From NCBI RefSeq assembly GCF_947568905.1, contig NC_079171.1:37014001-37078000 (forward strand): DNA of 64,000 bases, given 5' to 3'. The position numbers and the translations under genes are program-made. Below are positions 12,954-26,404 of this stretch, in pieces (position 1 is the stretch's first letter; each line of letters opens with the position of its first letter). This stretch comes from Ostrea edulis (Eukaryota). Under the pieces are notes generated by a model, which ran no database searches, was not told the DNA's origin, and saw only the letters and a list, made by a program, of their open reading frames with translations.

Positions 12954-15900
12954 CTTCTGTATATCAATTGAATTCATTGTAAAACTTTTAAACTCCATAG
13001 TATAAGAATTTTTCACTCATATGGAGACGTCCTTCTGTATATTAACTGAATTCATTGTATAACTTTTAAACTCCATAGTTTAATCGTTTGTCATTTTAAA
13101 ACACCGAAACTGTTTTTCACAAACCATAAAAAAACATTTCAAAATCATTCTTTTATAAAACAGTGCTGATGTTAGATTAATTCTTTTGACAAGATGATCT
13201 GGAACGTTTTTTCAAGCATATCAAATAATGATACGCATGATCACTGTTCGTTATCGTCACCTTTCATATACGTACTTTTAACTTATTGATGGTAGATTTG
13301 AGTAAAACAATAGCTATGGCTGATTTCGGTAAACATGTGCATACGCAATCTAACCTTTCCCCACGTGCATACAGTCAGTGCTACCGTGTTAGGTTCCAAT
13401 TTATAAATGAAAGTTGTGTAATCAAGATCCAGGTGCAATCGGAACATCGCTCGGTCTTTCCCGTCAAGTCAAGAAGATATACCTAACAAAGGAGTTTTTC
13501 TGGAGTAGTCGGAAAACTTACTCACCTTACTTAGGCCTGCAACCCTTTCTGGGGTATAGGTCGCCGACAAGAGATCTCCAGGTGTCTCGATCTTGGGCCT
13601 TTGATTTATCTAATCTTGTCTAACCTGAAGATCAGTTAACACATGTATCAATATAAAATATTTATATGAGTGATATGATTGATAGTATTGAAAACAATAT
13701 TTTCGTTTTCTGGCTTCTACCTTAAATCTCTGTTTTGCAAATCAGTCAACAAGCTTTAGTGCAAATTTTGCATACAGTTCAGCTACTATAGTTACTGTGG
13801 AATTAAAGTTCTGTGTGAAGCTAAATGCTAAACTAAGTTGCAATTATGTTTCAATGACAGCATGTGAATTTTCAGACTTGGATTTAGATTTACTTTCTGT
13901 TGTTTTTCTTTTTCACGTCCAAGGCACAAGTTGTTTCCCACCAGCATAGATTGATTGATTGGAGTTTAGCGCTGCATTGGCAATATATTTAGCCCTTTTA
14001 TGGTGGTTAACTAAACAAAATATGGTCGTTTTTGAAGAGTGTTGGAACAGTGTTGAAAAGAGTGAAGAGTGTTGAAATCTTAATTTCAGCATAGGAATTA
14101 AACAGAATAGATAAACAGTATATGTAACATTAGTATCTTTGTGAAACAGTGTCGTCCGTCATCTTGTTTCAGTACTTTGATTGAACCATAGTCAGATAGT
14201 TGTAACTAATTAAGAAATCTTTTCGCGGGATTGAAGAATTTTTAAAGCAATGTATGTTTGGGGGTTCCATTTTATTCCACCCAAAAACCTGTTTATCTCT
14301 ATCGTGCATTGAAGAAGTACATTTCAAAATGAAATGTTTATCAAGAATGATTAATCATGATAGTTTGTTCAGAAGTTTATGTATTTTGACACAAATTCTG
14401 ATTATGAAATGCTTTGGTCTACCTCCTCAGTTATCTTTGTGTTTCTCATTCGTTGTTATCTTAATAGAAACCTTAGATCCACTCGGCCATAATTAAACAC
14501 CTAGAGAAATAAATTCGACTTGAGAAGAATCTGATTAGCGTTATAAAAAAAAAGATCAGAGGTCAGCAATCTATACGTGTGCCACTTTGAATGAAATTCC
14601 TACCTTCAGAACGTTATTTTGTAAGAAGATTGATATGCGATCGTCGGCTGCTTTGTCCCGATTTACACAGCTCAACACCTATTGTAATTAGGATATTTAA
14701 ACCTGTATGATTCTGTTTACGAATTCCTGTCTTCAGCGGCCTACATGCACTCTGTACTTTAACTACTGATCAATATATACTTGAATATCAGCGCTTATAT
14801 ATTTCAAATGAGTATATTGATTATAAATGGTTATACAAAATTCAAATCTATCAATGTCGTTTGTTCTACTTTATTATGTTTACGATTAAGGTAATTCCCC
14901 ATACCACATTTTAAAATTGAAAAACCTACATATTTCTATCAACATTTGCATGCATTTTGTCGAGGATGTAAATTGATCAAATTCCCGATGGAAAATATGT
15001 TTAGCGGCCTTTCCCAGAGTACAACCACTTCTAACAATAGAACACATCACTTTAAAACAAGCAGTGTTACTCTACATACATTTTAAGGCACTGTCATTAT
15101 TTAAACGATAGAAATATGTTTCTTTCATATGAATTGAAGAAAATGAATTGCATTTGACTGTTTTCAATAATTTTTCATCTACTGAACCATGCTCTTGGTT
15201 TCAAGGTGATGAAAATGCACATATAGTGGTCAAATTTTGACTAATCATAGCCTACCATATCCGGAAAATTGTGTTTTCAAAAACCTTCAGATTTTTGAAA
15301 CATTTCAATATGTTTTACCTTTACACTTCAGCAATCATTTGACATAAGAAGAAGATAGGGTATCGGATAATTTGATAGCCCAATGACCCCCTCTAGGTTA
15401 AAAACCTTGAAAAAACGCATATTGGAAAATGGTGTCTAAAATTCCTATCTCGACAAACATGTTTCATTCATTATTTACATTATTAAATTACTTTTTCAAG
15501 AAATATCACAGGGTGGATTTTGAAAAACAGTTTAAAACATTAAAGCTTCAAAAGCTAAAAACCACTTTCATTGATTGCGGTAAGCTTTAGGGATCAGGCT
15601 TGAAGGTAGAAAAATCCTAACTTTACTATGGAGCTTACTAAATCCATAGCCTACGTCACAGGAACACTGACATGACGTTACAATAGATGAAAAAATAAAA
15701 TCTTGTCGCCAGATCTAGTTGGAACAAACTAATGTAGATCAGAATTTTTACATTTTAACGTTCATTCCGAGAATGTTAACCTATGCGCAAGTTACAAATT
15801 TGGGGAAATTCGAATGTTTTAAAACACCCGAATTCTGCATTCCTCATCCCCTTGGTAATTGTTATTTCCTGGTAGTTTTAACAATACGATACACCCATGC

Positions 15901-17864
15901 GATGTGAATGTTAACGACATGTAACTAACGCGTACATTCCGAGACGTTTTAATCAAAACATCAGTGAAGGTCATGTCCGGTCAGAAATGTGTTTTAGATA
16001 AAAGAAAATTACATTACGACACCCATGTTCCATACTGTACGTACAAGAACACAAACGTACGACACCTATGCCTAGATATACTGAGCGATAGGGCCTGAAT
16101 ATGTGACAAATATGTCAGCGTATGATCTAAATTGAACACCCTGAAATCATTAGACACAACAGAGATATGCCCATACATTGGACATGTACATACATGTATA
16201 TGCACATTTACTATGACTTCGGAGGGCCTCGAAAGCGATTTTTGTCTTGTAAATAAACAAATTGCAAGGAGATTACAATGTCGGTATAGCTTTAGATTAT
16301 GTATATATTTTATTTAGATCATGACGACATCGATCGTATTATTATAGGTTTAAATAAATTATAGGGAGATTCGATATTTCTACCAGTCATTAAAGATCAG
16401 AAATCACGCAAAAGAAATTGCCTACAATAGATACATTGAAAGCTGCAACACGATTTAAAATCATAATCTGTAATATTTTCAGAAATCGCACAGGAATTTC
16501 TAAACGAATGTGTCATAACGCAATGTGTATCGAGAGTTTACGACTTCGTGATGTATATAACTATAAGCATTTTCTCTCCCGAGCGTTGTCTTGTATAAAC
16601 CGGCTTGTTTGTATTATTGCGATTCGTATGTTGTTGCTTTTTTAATTCTAAATTTTTGTTGTTTGCTTTCAAACAATCAGTTCTAATACGGTCTACAAAA
16701 TTCATCAAAATTCGTTGAATGTGTGAGAACATTCGTGACTCGTGAATAACGTTTCTAACATCATTTGACTTGGTGTGGGGAATTACCTTAAATGAAAAAC
16801 AAGTAAAAACATTCCACTTTATTTCATTTTTCGTCATCAGCTTAGCGGCGATATGAAATAATATTTCAGATGGTCCAACCCGCTTCCCTATTTAATCCGC
16901 TCCTGTCATGTTAAAGGGACATGGACACGAATTGAGCTGAAAATTGTCAAATTGTATTTTCTTCTTCATTTTTAAGGTTTAGAATGCTTAACTAAGGTAT
17001 TTCTGATGGTCAGCACAAATTTGAATGTCAGTTGTCGATATCCAGCTCATATTTCTTTGTTACGTAAACAAGGCTCATGTCATGTTTTAATGTTTGCATA
17101 TAGGCTACATATCAACTAAATAGTTTTTAGTGTTTGGCACATCTCATTTTGTTTTGAACATGCAATTTTCTTTTAAGAAATCTATATGTCAACCAAAACA
17201 TGGCATGATTCTTGTTTATATAACAAGGAATTGTGAGTGCTGTATCTCACTTATAACTCAATTTCCGATAATCAAATTTTGGTTGACCATTAGAAACAAT
17301 TTACTTAAGCATTGCAGTTTTTAAATCGAGGCAATCTACTGACAAACAGGTTGATGGTGCAGGGGTTTCAACAGTCCCGATTGAAGTAAGCATTTCGCAA
17401 ATTCTATGGTCATTATAACGATATAGATCGTCAATACAACCTATCATTGGGTCAAATGCTGTCTGACGTGTTTCATACCGATGTAAGGTCGTTCTTGGCA
17501 GACTTCTTTTGACTACGGATAACTGTTTACCTGATCAGGATATAGGGCCCACGGGGGATTTGCCGGTCGACAGGGGACGCTTGCTCCTCCTAGGCACCTG
17601 ATTCCACCTCTGGTACGTCCAGGAGCCGTGTTTTTCCAATGATCTATTTTGCATTTCTTAGAGGAGTTATGACATTGATCAGTGTTCGTTGTCTTCACCT
17701 TTCATTGTAGGCAATAACAATTGGAAAATAAAATTTTAAAATTTTCAGCTCAAATCGTGTCCATGCCCCTTTTAGTACATTCCGATATTCGTGTATTAAA
17801 CTTCCTACCATCAGGACATTGACTTTCTTACTTCTGTATATTGATTGATTGATTGTATCTTGCT

Positions 17865-18278
17865 GAAGACATTATTTGTCGAAATGCGCATCTGGTGCAT
17901 CAAAATTGGTACCGTATAAGTTTTACATTATGACCCCTGGGTCGAGGCCTCTGCTGGTGGACTGTTAGTCCCCGAGGGTCTCTACAGCCCAGTAGCTAAG
18001 TACTTCGTTACTAGGTTGAAAATACGGATGTATATTTAATTGCTGTTATAAAATTTAGAAATTCATTTCAAAATTAAGGAGTATCTCCCTCATGCATAGC
18101 TCATATCCTTGGACGAATTTGGCTCCACTTGTTTGGCACGCTGTTTTTGGCTATATTTAGATCTAAAACTTGATAGTTATTTCGGATTTCAAACATTTCG
18201 GTTGAGCATCACTGAAGAGACATTATTTGTCGAAATGCGCATCTGGTGCATCAAAATTGGTACCGTATAATTTTTACA
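17865..18278 (+). mobile_element. Retrozyme-like insertion, unit-2 copy
   Basis: Same sequence as 12495-12908, shifted by 5370. Confidence 0.8.
18206..18249 (+). ncRNA. Type I hammerhead ribozyme, unit-2 copy
   Basis: Identical to 12836-12879. Confidence 0.85.
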
Positions 18279-18292
18279 TGCTTAACGTCTCG

Positions 18293-18323
<31 letters not shown>

Positions 18324-18971
18324 CTTCTGTATATCAATTGAATTCATTGTAAAACTTTTAAACTCCATAGTATAAGAATTTTTCACTCATATGGAGACGT
18401 CCTTCTGTATATTAACTGAATTCATTGTATAACTTTTAAACTCCATAGTTTAATCGTTTGTCATTTTAAAACACCGAAACTGTTTTTCACAAACCATAAA
18501 AAAACATTTCAAAATACTCTTTTTATAAAACAGTGCTGATGTTAGATTAATTCTTTTGACAAGATGATCTGGAACGTTTTTTCAAGCATATCAAATAATG
18601 ATACGCATGATCACTGTTCGTTATCGTCACCTTTCATATACGTACTTTTAACTTATTGATGGTAGATTTGAGTAAAACAATAGCTATGGCTGATTTCGGT
18701 AAACATGTGCATACGCAATCTAACCTTTCCCCACGTGCATACAGTCAGTGCTACCGTGTTAGGTTCCAATTTATAAATGAAAGTTGTGTAATCAAGATCC
18801 AGGTGCAATCGGAACATCGCTCGGTCTTTCCCGTCAAGTCAAGAAGATATACCTAACAAAGGAGTTTTTCTGGAGTAGTCGGAAAACTTACTCACCTTAC
18901 TTAGGCCTGCAACCCTTTCTGGGGTATAGGTCGCCGACAAGAGATCTCCAGGTGTCTCGATCTTGGGCCTT

Positions 18972-21900
18972 TGATTTATCTAATCTTGTCTAACCTGAAG
19001 ATCAGTTAACACATGTATCAATATAAAATATTTATATGAGTGATATGATTGATAGTATTGAAAACAATATTTTCGTTTTCTGGCTTCTACCTTAAATCTC
19101 TGTTTTGCAAATCAGTCAACATGCTTTAGTGCAAATTTTGCATACAGTTCAGCTACTATAGTTACTGTGGAATTAAAGTTCTGTGTGAAGCTAAATGCTA
19201 AACTAAGTTGCAATTATGTTTCAATGACAGCATGTGAATTTTCAGACTTGGATTTAGATTTACTTTCTGTTGTTTTTCTTTTTCACCTCCAAGGCATCAG
19301 TTGTTTCCCACCAGCATAGATTGATTGATTAGGGTTTAGCGCTGCATTGGCAATATTTTTAGCCCTTTTATGGTGGTTAACTAAACAAAATATGGTCGTT
19401 TTTGAAGAGTGTTGGAACAGTGTTGAAAAGAGTGAAGAGTGTTGAAATCTTAATTTCAGCATAGGAATTAAACAGAATAGATAAACAGTATATGTAACAT
19501 TAGTATCTTTGTGAAACAGTGTCGTTCGTCATCTTGTTTCAGTACTTTGATTGAACCATAGTCAGATAGTTGTAACTAATTAAGAAATCTTTTCGCGGGA
19601 TTGAAGAATTTTTAAAGCAATGTATGTTTGGGGGTTCCATTTTATTCCATCCAAATAACCTGTTTATCTCTATCGTGCATTGAAGAAGTACATTTCAAAA
19701 TGAAATGTTTATCAAGAATGATTAATCATGATAGTTTGTTCAGAAGTTTATGTATTTTGACACAAATTCTGATTATGAAATGCTTTGGTCTACCTCCTCA
19801 GTTATCTTTGTGTTTCTCATTCGTTGTTATCTTGATAGAAACCTTAGATCCACTCGGTCATACTTAAACACCTAGAGAAATAAATTCGACTTGAGAAGAA
19901 TCTGATTAGCGTTATAAAAAAAAAGATCAGAGGTCAGCAATCTATACGTGTGCCACTTTGAATGAAATTCCTACCTTCAGAACGTTATTTTGTAAGAAGA
20001 TTGATATGCGATCGTCGGCTGCTTTGTCCGATTTACACAGCTCAACACCTATTGTAATTAGGATATTAAAACCTGTATGATTCTGTTTACGAATTCCTGT
20101 CTTCAGCGGCCTACATGCACTCTGTACTTTAACTACTGATCAATATATACTTGAATATCAGCGCTTATATATTTCAAATGAGTATATTGATTATAAATGG
20201 TTATACAAAATTCAAATCTATCAATGTCGTTTGTTCTACTTTATTATGTTTACGATTAAGGTAATTCCCCATACCACATTTTAAAATTGAAAAACCTACA
20301 TATTTCTATCAACATTTACATGCATTTTGTCGAGGATGTATATTGATCAAATTCCCGATGGAAAATATGTTTAGCGGCCTTTCCCAGAGTACAACCACTT
20401 CTAACAATAGAACACATCACTTTAAAACAAGCAGTGTTACTCTACATACATTTTAAGGCACTGTCATTATTTAAACGATAGAAATATGTTTCTTTCATAT
20501 GAATTGAAGAAAATGTATTGCATTTGACTGTTTTCAATAATTTTTCATCTACTGAACCATGCTCTTGGTTTCAAGGTGATGAAAATGCACATATAGTGGT
20601 CAAATTTTGACTAATCATAGCCTACCATATCCGGAAAATTGTGTTTTCAAAAACCTTCAGATTTTTGAAACATTTCAATATGTTTTACCTTTACACTTCA
20701 GCAATCATTTGACATAAGAAGAAGATAGGGTATCGGATAATTTGATAGCCCAATGACCCCCTCTAGGTTAAAAACCTTGAAAAAACGCATATTGGAAATT
20801 GGTGTCTAAAATTCCCATTTCGACAAACATGTTTCATTCATTATTTACATTATTAAATTACTATTTCAAGAAATATTACAGGGTGAATTTTGAAAAACAG
20901 TTTAAAACATTAAAGCTTCAAAAGCTAAAAACCATTTTCATTGATTGCGGTAAGCTTTAGGGATCAGGCTTGAAGTTAGAAAAATCCTAACTTTACTATG
21001 GAGCTTACTAAATCCATAGCCTACGTCACAGGAACACTGACATGACGTTACAATAGATGAAAAAATAAAATTATGTCGCCAGATCTAGTTGGAACAAACT
21101 AATGTAGATCAGAATGATTTTTACATTTTAACACCCATTCAGAGAATGCTAACCTATGCGCAAGTTACAAATTTGGGGAAATTCGAATGTTTTAAAACAC
21201 CCGAATTCTGCATTCCTCATCCCCTTGGTGATTTTTATTTCCTGGCAGTTTTAACAATACGATACACCCATGCGATGTGAATGTTAACGACATGTAACTA
21301 ACGCGTACATTCCGAGACGTTTTAATCAAAACATCAGTGAAGGTCATGTCCGGTCAGAAATGTGTTTTAGATAAAAGAAAATTACATTACGACACCCATG
21401 TTCCATACTGTACGTACAAGAACACAAACGTACGACACCTATGCCTAGATATACTGAGCGATAGGGCCTGAATATGTGACAAATATGTCAGCGTATGATC
21501 TAAATTGAACACCCTGAAATCATTAGACACAACAGAGATATGCCCATACATTGGACATGTACATTCATGTTTATGCATATTTACTATGGCTTCGGAGGGC
21601 CTCGAAAGCGATTTTTGTCTTGTAAATAAACAAATTGCAAGGGGATTACAATGTCGGTATAGCTTTAGATTATGTATATATTTCATTTAGATCATGACGA
21701 CATCGATCGTATTCTTTCAGGTTTAAATAAATTATAGGGAGATTCGATATTTCTACCAGTCATTAAAGATCAGAAATCATGCAAAAGAAATTGCCTACAA
21801 TAGATATATTGAAAGCTGGTAACACGATTTAACATCATTATCTGTAATATTTGCAGAAATCTCACGGGAATATCTAAACGAATGTGTCATAACGCAATGT

Positions 21901-23252
21901 GTATCGAGAGTTTACGACTTCGCGATGTATATAACTATAAGCATTTTCTCTCCCGAACATTGTCTTGTATAAACCGGCTTGTTTGTATTATTGCGATTCG
22001 TATGTTGTTGCTTTTTTAATTCTAAATTTTTGTTGTATGCTTTCAAACAATCAGTCCTAATACGGACTACAAAATTCATCAAAATGCCATCGGGTTCTTT
22101 GAATGTGTGATAACGTTCGTGACTCGTGAATAACGTTTCTAACGTTATTTGACTTGGTGTGGGGAATTACGTTAAATGAAAAACAAATAAAAACATTCCA
22201 CTTTATTTCATTTTTCGTCATCAGCTTAGCGGCGATATGAAATAATATTTCAGATGGTCCAACCCGCTTCCCTATTTAATCTGCTCCTGTCATGTTAAAG
22301 GGACATGGACACGAATTGAGCTGAAAATTGTCAAATTGTATTTTCTTCTTCATTTTTAAGGTTTAGAATGCTTAACTAAGGTATTTCTGATGGTCAGCAC
22401 AAATTTGAATGTCAGTTGTCGATATCCAGCTCATACTTCTTTGTTATGTAAACAAGGCTCATGTCATGTTTTAATGTTTGCATATATCAACTAAATAGTT
22501 TTTAGTGTTTGACACATCTCATTATGTTTTGAACATGCTATTTTCTTTTAAGAAATCAATATGTTAACCAAAACATGGCATGATTCTTGTTTATATAACA
22601 AGGAATTGTGAGTGCTGTATCTCACTTATAACTCAATTTCCGATAATCAATTTTGGTTGACCATTAGAAACAATTTACTTAAGCATTGCAGTTTTTAAAT
22701 CGAGGCAATCTACTGACAAACAGGTTGATGGTGCAGGGGTTTCAACAGTCCCGATTGAAGTAAGCATTTCGCAAATTCTATGGTCATTATAACGATATAG
22801 ATCGTCAATACAACCTATCATTGGGTCAAATGCTGTCTGGCGTGTTTCATACCGATTGTTAGGTCGTTCTTGGCCGAATTCTTTTGACTACGGATAAATC
22901 TGTTTACCTGATTAGGATATAGGGCTCACGGCGGATGTGCCGGTCGACAGGGGACGCTTGCTCCTCCTAGGCACCTGATCCCACCTCTGGTATGTCCAGG
23001 GGTCCGTGTTTTCCCAATCATCTATTTTGTATTGCTTAGAGGAGTTATGACATTTATCAGTGTTCGTTATCTTCACCTTTCATTGTAGGCAATAACAATT
23101 GGAAAATAAAATTTTAGAATTTTCAGCTCAAATCGTGTCCATGCCCCTTTTAGTACCTTCCGATATTCGTGTATTAAACTTCCTACCATCAGGACATTGA
23201 CTTTCTTACTTCTGTATATTAATTGATTGATTGTATCTTGCTTAACGTCTCG

Positions 23253-23283
<31 letters not shown>

Positions 23284-23930
23284 CTTCTGTATATTAATTG
23301 AATTCATTGTAAAACTTTTAAACTCCATAGTTTAAGAATTTTTCACTCATATGGAGACGTCCTTCTGTATATTAACTGAATTCATTGTATAACTTTTAAA
23401 CTCCATAGTTTAATCGTTTGTCATTTTAAAACACCGAAACTGTTTTTCACAAGCCATAAAAAACATTTCAAAATACTCTTTTTATAAAACAGTGCTGATG
23501 TTAGATTAATTCTTTTGACAAGATGATCTGGAACGTTTTTTCAAACATATCAAATAATGATACGCATGATCACTGTTCGTTATCGTCACCTTTCATATAC
23601 GTACTTTTAACTTATTGATGGTAGATTTGAGTAAAACAATAGCTATGGCTGATTTCGGTAAACATGTGCATACGCAATCTAACCTTTCCCCACGTGCATA
23701 CAGTCAGTGCTACCGTGTTAGGTTCCAATTTATAAATGAAAGTTGTGTAATCAAGATCCAGGTGCAATCGGAACATCGCTCGGTCTTTCCCGTCAAGTCA
23801 AGAAGATATACCTAACAAAGGAGATTTTCTGGATTAGTCGGAAAACTTACTCACCTTACTTAGGCCTGCTACCCCTTCTGGGGTATAGGTCGCCGACAAG
23901 AGATCTCCAGTCGTCTCGATCTTGGGCCTT
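18972..23930 (+). repeat. Tandem segmental duplication, unit 3 (4959 bp, diverged)
   Basis: Colinear with units 1/2, but with scattered substitutions and small indels and no 418-bp retrozyme insert. It runs on into unique RTE sequence after 23930. Confidence 0.95.
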
Positions 23931-24655
23931 CTGTTCAATCTGCCTCTAGGTGTATCCCATTTTTGGTTGTTGGCATCGAAGTCTCGAGGCCACGCGTTTC
24001 TCGGCCGGTCTCTGTTTCTCTTTCCTTTGAGATTCCAGGTTAGTGCTTGTCTTGTAATTCTTTCGCTGGCTTACGGAGTGTGTGATCAATCCAACTCCAG
24101 CGAAGAACTGACTTCACGTTTGAGTGGAATAGCCTGATCTTGTTCTGCAGAGTCAGCTCTTTGGAGCTCCATATGTTCTTCAATTGTAGGAATGTTGCTC
24201 TGGCTTTTCATATTCTAGCTCTCACATCAGCAGGAAAGATGAAGCAGTAGTTCCACCCAGCTTGCTGATGACACTTTCCAAGCATGTAGCATCTCATCTT
24301 AAAGGGAGAGTGGTTCGCTGCTGACGCAGTTAACTTTCCAAATCTTGGTTTTCCCCTTGTTGAGTCCTACTGACACTGTGGTGAATGCTAAATTGTTGTC
24401 CTGCATTTGTTGTCGTGTATGAAACAGCAGTGCCAAGTCATCTGCGAAGACGAGATCGTCAAGCTGCTTGAAAGGTGCTGACTGGAGTATTGTTTTTGTA
24501 TTGACCGTCGGCATCTTCATTATGCAGTCAATAGCGAGCAAGAAAAGAAAAGGGGAGAGCAATCATCCTCGACGAACTCCAGTTTTCACCTTTTAGTCGG
24601 AAAAGGTCGAGCAATCTTCCCAATGGTTCCGGGAAAGATACATGTACACTTGTGC
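23845..24655 (-). mobile_element. RTE-clade LINE, 5'-truncated and decayed
   Basis: Minus-strand translation has LSPFLFLLAID, LDDLVFADDLALL (RT catalytic FADD motif), RWSWIDHTLRKP and KAQDRDDWRSLVGDLYP, then a TAAG-like tail. Confidence 0.85.
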
Positions 24656-25145
24656 AAGCGAAAGCTGACTTGAAATACCAGAGGTGGGAGCACGTGTCGT
24701 GGAGGATTAGACATTCCCTGTCGACCCGTCACACTCACCATGACCCTTTCATCTTAATCAGTTAAACAGAACAATCCGAAGTAAAAAAAAAATCACTGGG
24801 CAAAAAGCGGCCTCAATTGGTATGAAACATGTCAGAGACAATTTCATCCAATAACAAGTTGTAATGGAAAATTAGATCGTTATAAAAACCATAAACTAGC
24901 AAATTATCTCGAATTAACACCCATATAACACCCTTTCATATGTCTCTAACCTGATTCGATTAAAAAATTGACAATGCGCAGAACAAGTTCTTGCGTATCA
25001 AACCAGTAGAAAGATATAAACAGCAAATGCAGGTGATAATGGAATGCTACTGCTTAAATATGGAAAATTGACGATGTAGAAGATGAAGTCACCCTATTTA
25101 TCATAAATCTAAGTCGTTGGTTTACCGTTAATATCTATGTTCAAT
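24655..25145 (-). mobile_element. Penelope/Naiad-like RT C-terminal fragment plus 3' tail
   Basis: Minus strand reads IDINGK..YDK..F..VNFPYLSSSIPLSP, homologous to 36430-36980. Confidence 0.7.
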
Positions 25146-25254
25146 ACAAATGATTAAGTATGAAGCAAATGTGGTAGATTATGGTGTGTTTTCTTTCGAG
25201 TTTACTGGGATATATCAACTCGTCATATGAATGGAAGTGAATATTGTTAATAGA

Positions 25255-25506
25255 TTTGTTTTTGTTTATTTTGATGTTTTCTGCCACACTCAACAATTTG
25301 TCAGTTATTAGTGGCGCCCAGTTTTTATTGGTGGAAGAGAGAACCCAGATACAATGTACCTGGGAAGAGACCACCGACCTTCCTAAAATAAACTGGGAAA
25401 CTTTCTCACTTACCGGCGCGAGCGGGATTCGGACCCGCGCCGACAGAGGTGAGAGGCCGTGTGATTTTGAGCGCAATGCTCTAACCACTCGGCCACGGAG
25501 GCCCCT
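25255..25506 (-). mobile_element. Full-length tRNA-derived SINE with 14-bp TSD
   Basis: tRNA-like head (A box TGGCCGAGTGG, B box GGTCCGAATCC) at 25505-25413 and an AAAC-rich tail. ATATTGTTAATAGA is duplicated at 25241-25254 and 25507-25520. Confidence 0.9.
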
Positions 25507-25896
25507 ATATTGTTAATAGAGAAAACATCGTTGATATATCTAAATGTCGAGATAAAGACCACAACAAGAGATTTCTCCTTTGCATGCGGAAGCTTCTGAA
25601 TAAATTCTGCCTCAATATCTTTAAAACATTGTCAACTAATAGAGGAACACAAATCATGCCCATGGGAAGTTCAGCAGACTGTTGGAATACCCGATCACGA
25701 AAGACTACGAAGACATTGTCAATGAGGAATAGTGATTTAAAATGATTTACTGTCCCTATTTGCGTGATTTATTGTCTGTATGGATTTAGTGACTTATTGT
25801 ATGTCTGGATATAGTGATCATCTGGTTGTCAAATATTAATAACTTTCTACCTGTCTGGATTTAATGACTTGATTTCTGTCTTGATTTTGGGATTTC

Positions 25897-26130
25897 CACC
25901 CATTGAATGGAGTGGGGGTCTTGCAGCTCATGAAATACAATGTGGAGTATTACAGCCCATTGAATGGAGTACGGGGTATTATAGTCATTGAATGGAGCAG
26001 GATATCCTATAACCCATTAAAACGAGTACATGATTTTACAGCCCATTGGATGGAGTACATAGTACTACAACCCATTGAATGGTGTATGTAGTTTTACAGT
26101 CCTTAGAATGGAGTACATGACATATAGCCC
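25897..26130. repeat. Degenerate ~29-bp minisatellite
   Basis: About 7 units of consensus TTACAGCCCATTGAATGGAGTACATGGTA. Confidence 0.8.
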
Positions 26131-26336
26131 AAGAGATGAACTGCTGAGTTCTTTTGCCTATGGAATACTGTAAGGGGTCTTATAGGATGTTTCTAAAATG
26201 GGATCGGGAAAGGAATTAATATTTGACGAGATCAGGGTTGTGTAAAATCAAAGGATTGACTAACATGGACTTCCTGTACTGGAGAAGGTGAAGGTCTCAT
26301 AATCAGATATTATAATATAAATTGAAAGGTCTTGCC

Positions 26337-26339
<3 letters not shown>

Positions 26340-26402
<63 letters not shown>
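26340..26402. repeat. (TA)n microsatellite
   Basis: Seen directly. Confidence 0.97.
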
Positions 26403-26404
26403 CA

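Larger units (their letters stand above)
8232..13601 (+). repeat. Tandem segmental duplication, unit 1 (5370 bp)
   Basis: Same sequence and ORFs recur at +5370 (8884/14254, 10349/15719, 13286/18656). The unit starts TGATTTATCTAATCTTGTC and ends GATCTTGGGCCTT. Confidence 0.97.
13602..18971 (+). repeat. Tandem segmental duplication, unit 2 (5370 bp)
   Basis: Nearly identical to unit 1 after its first ~260 bp, and its start matches unit 3. Confidence 0.97.

Noticed and set aside
8884-23949. Recurrent 60-100-aa ORFs in the tandem units
   Set aside because: They recur only because the DNA is duplicated. They lie across transposon sequence, have non-ATG starts and no recognisable domains, and several are broken in unit 3.
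25413-25505. Possible tRNA gene
   Set aside because: It is the head of a TSD-flanked SINE; the B box is mutated and there is no clean anticodon arm.
25897-26130. CRISPR-like periodicity
   Set aside because: Head-to-tail ~29-bp units with no unique spacers, in a eukaryotic context.
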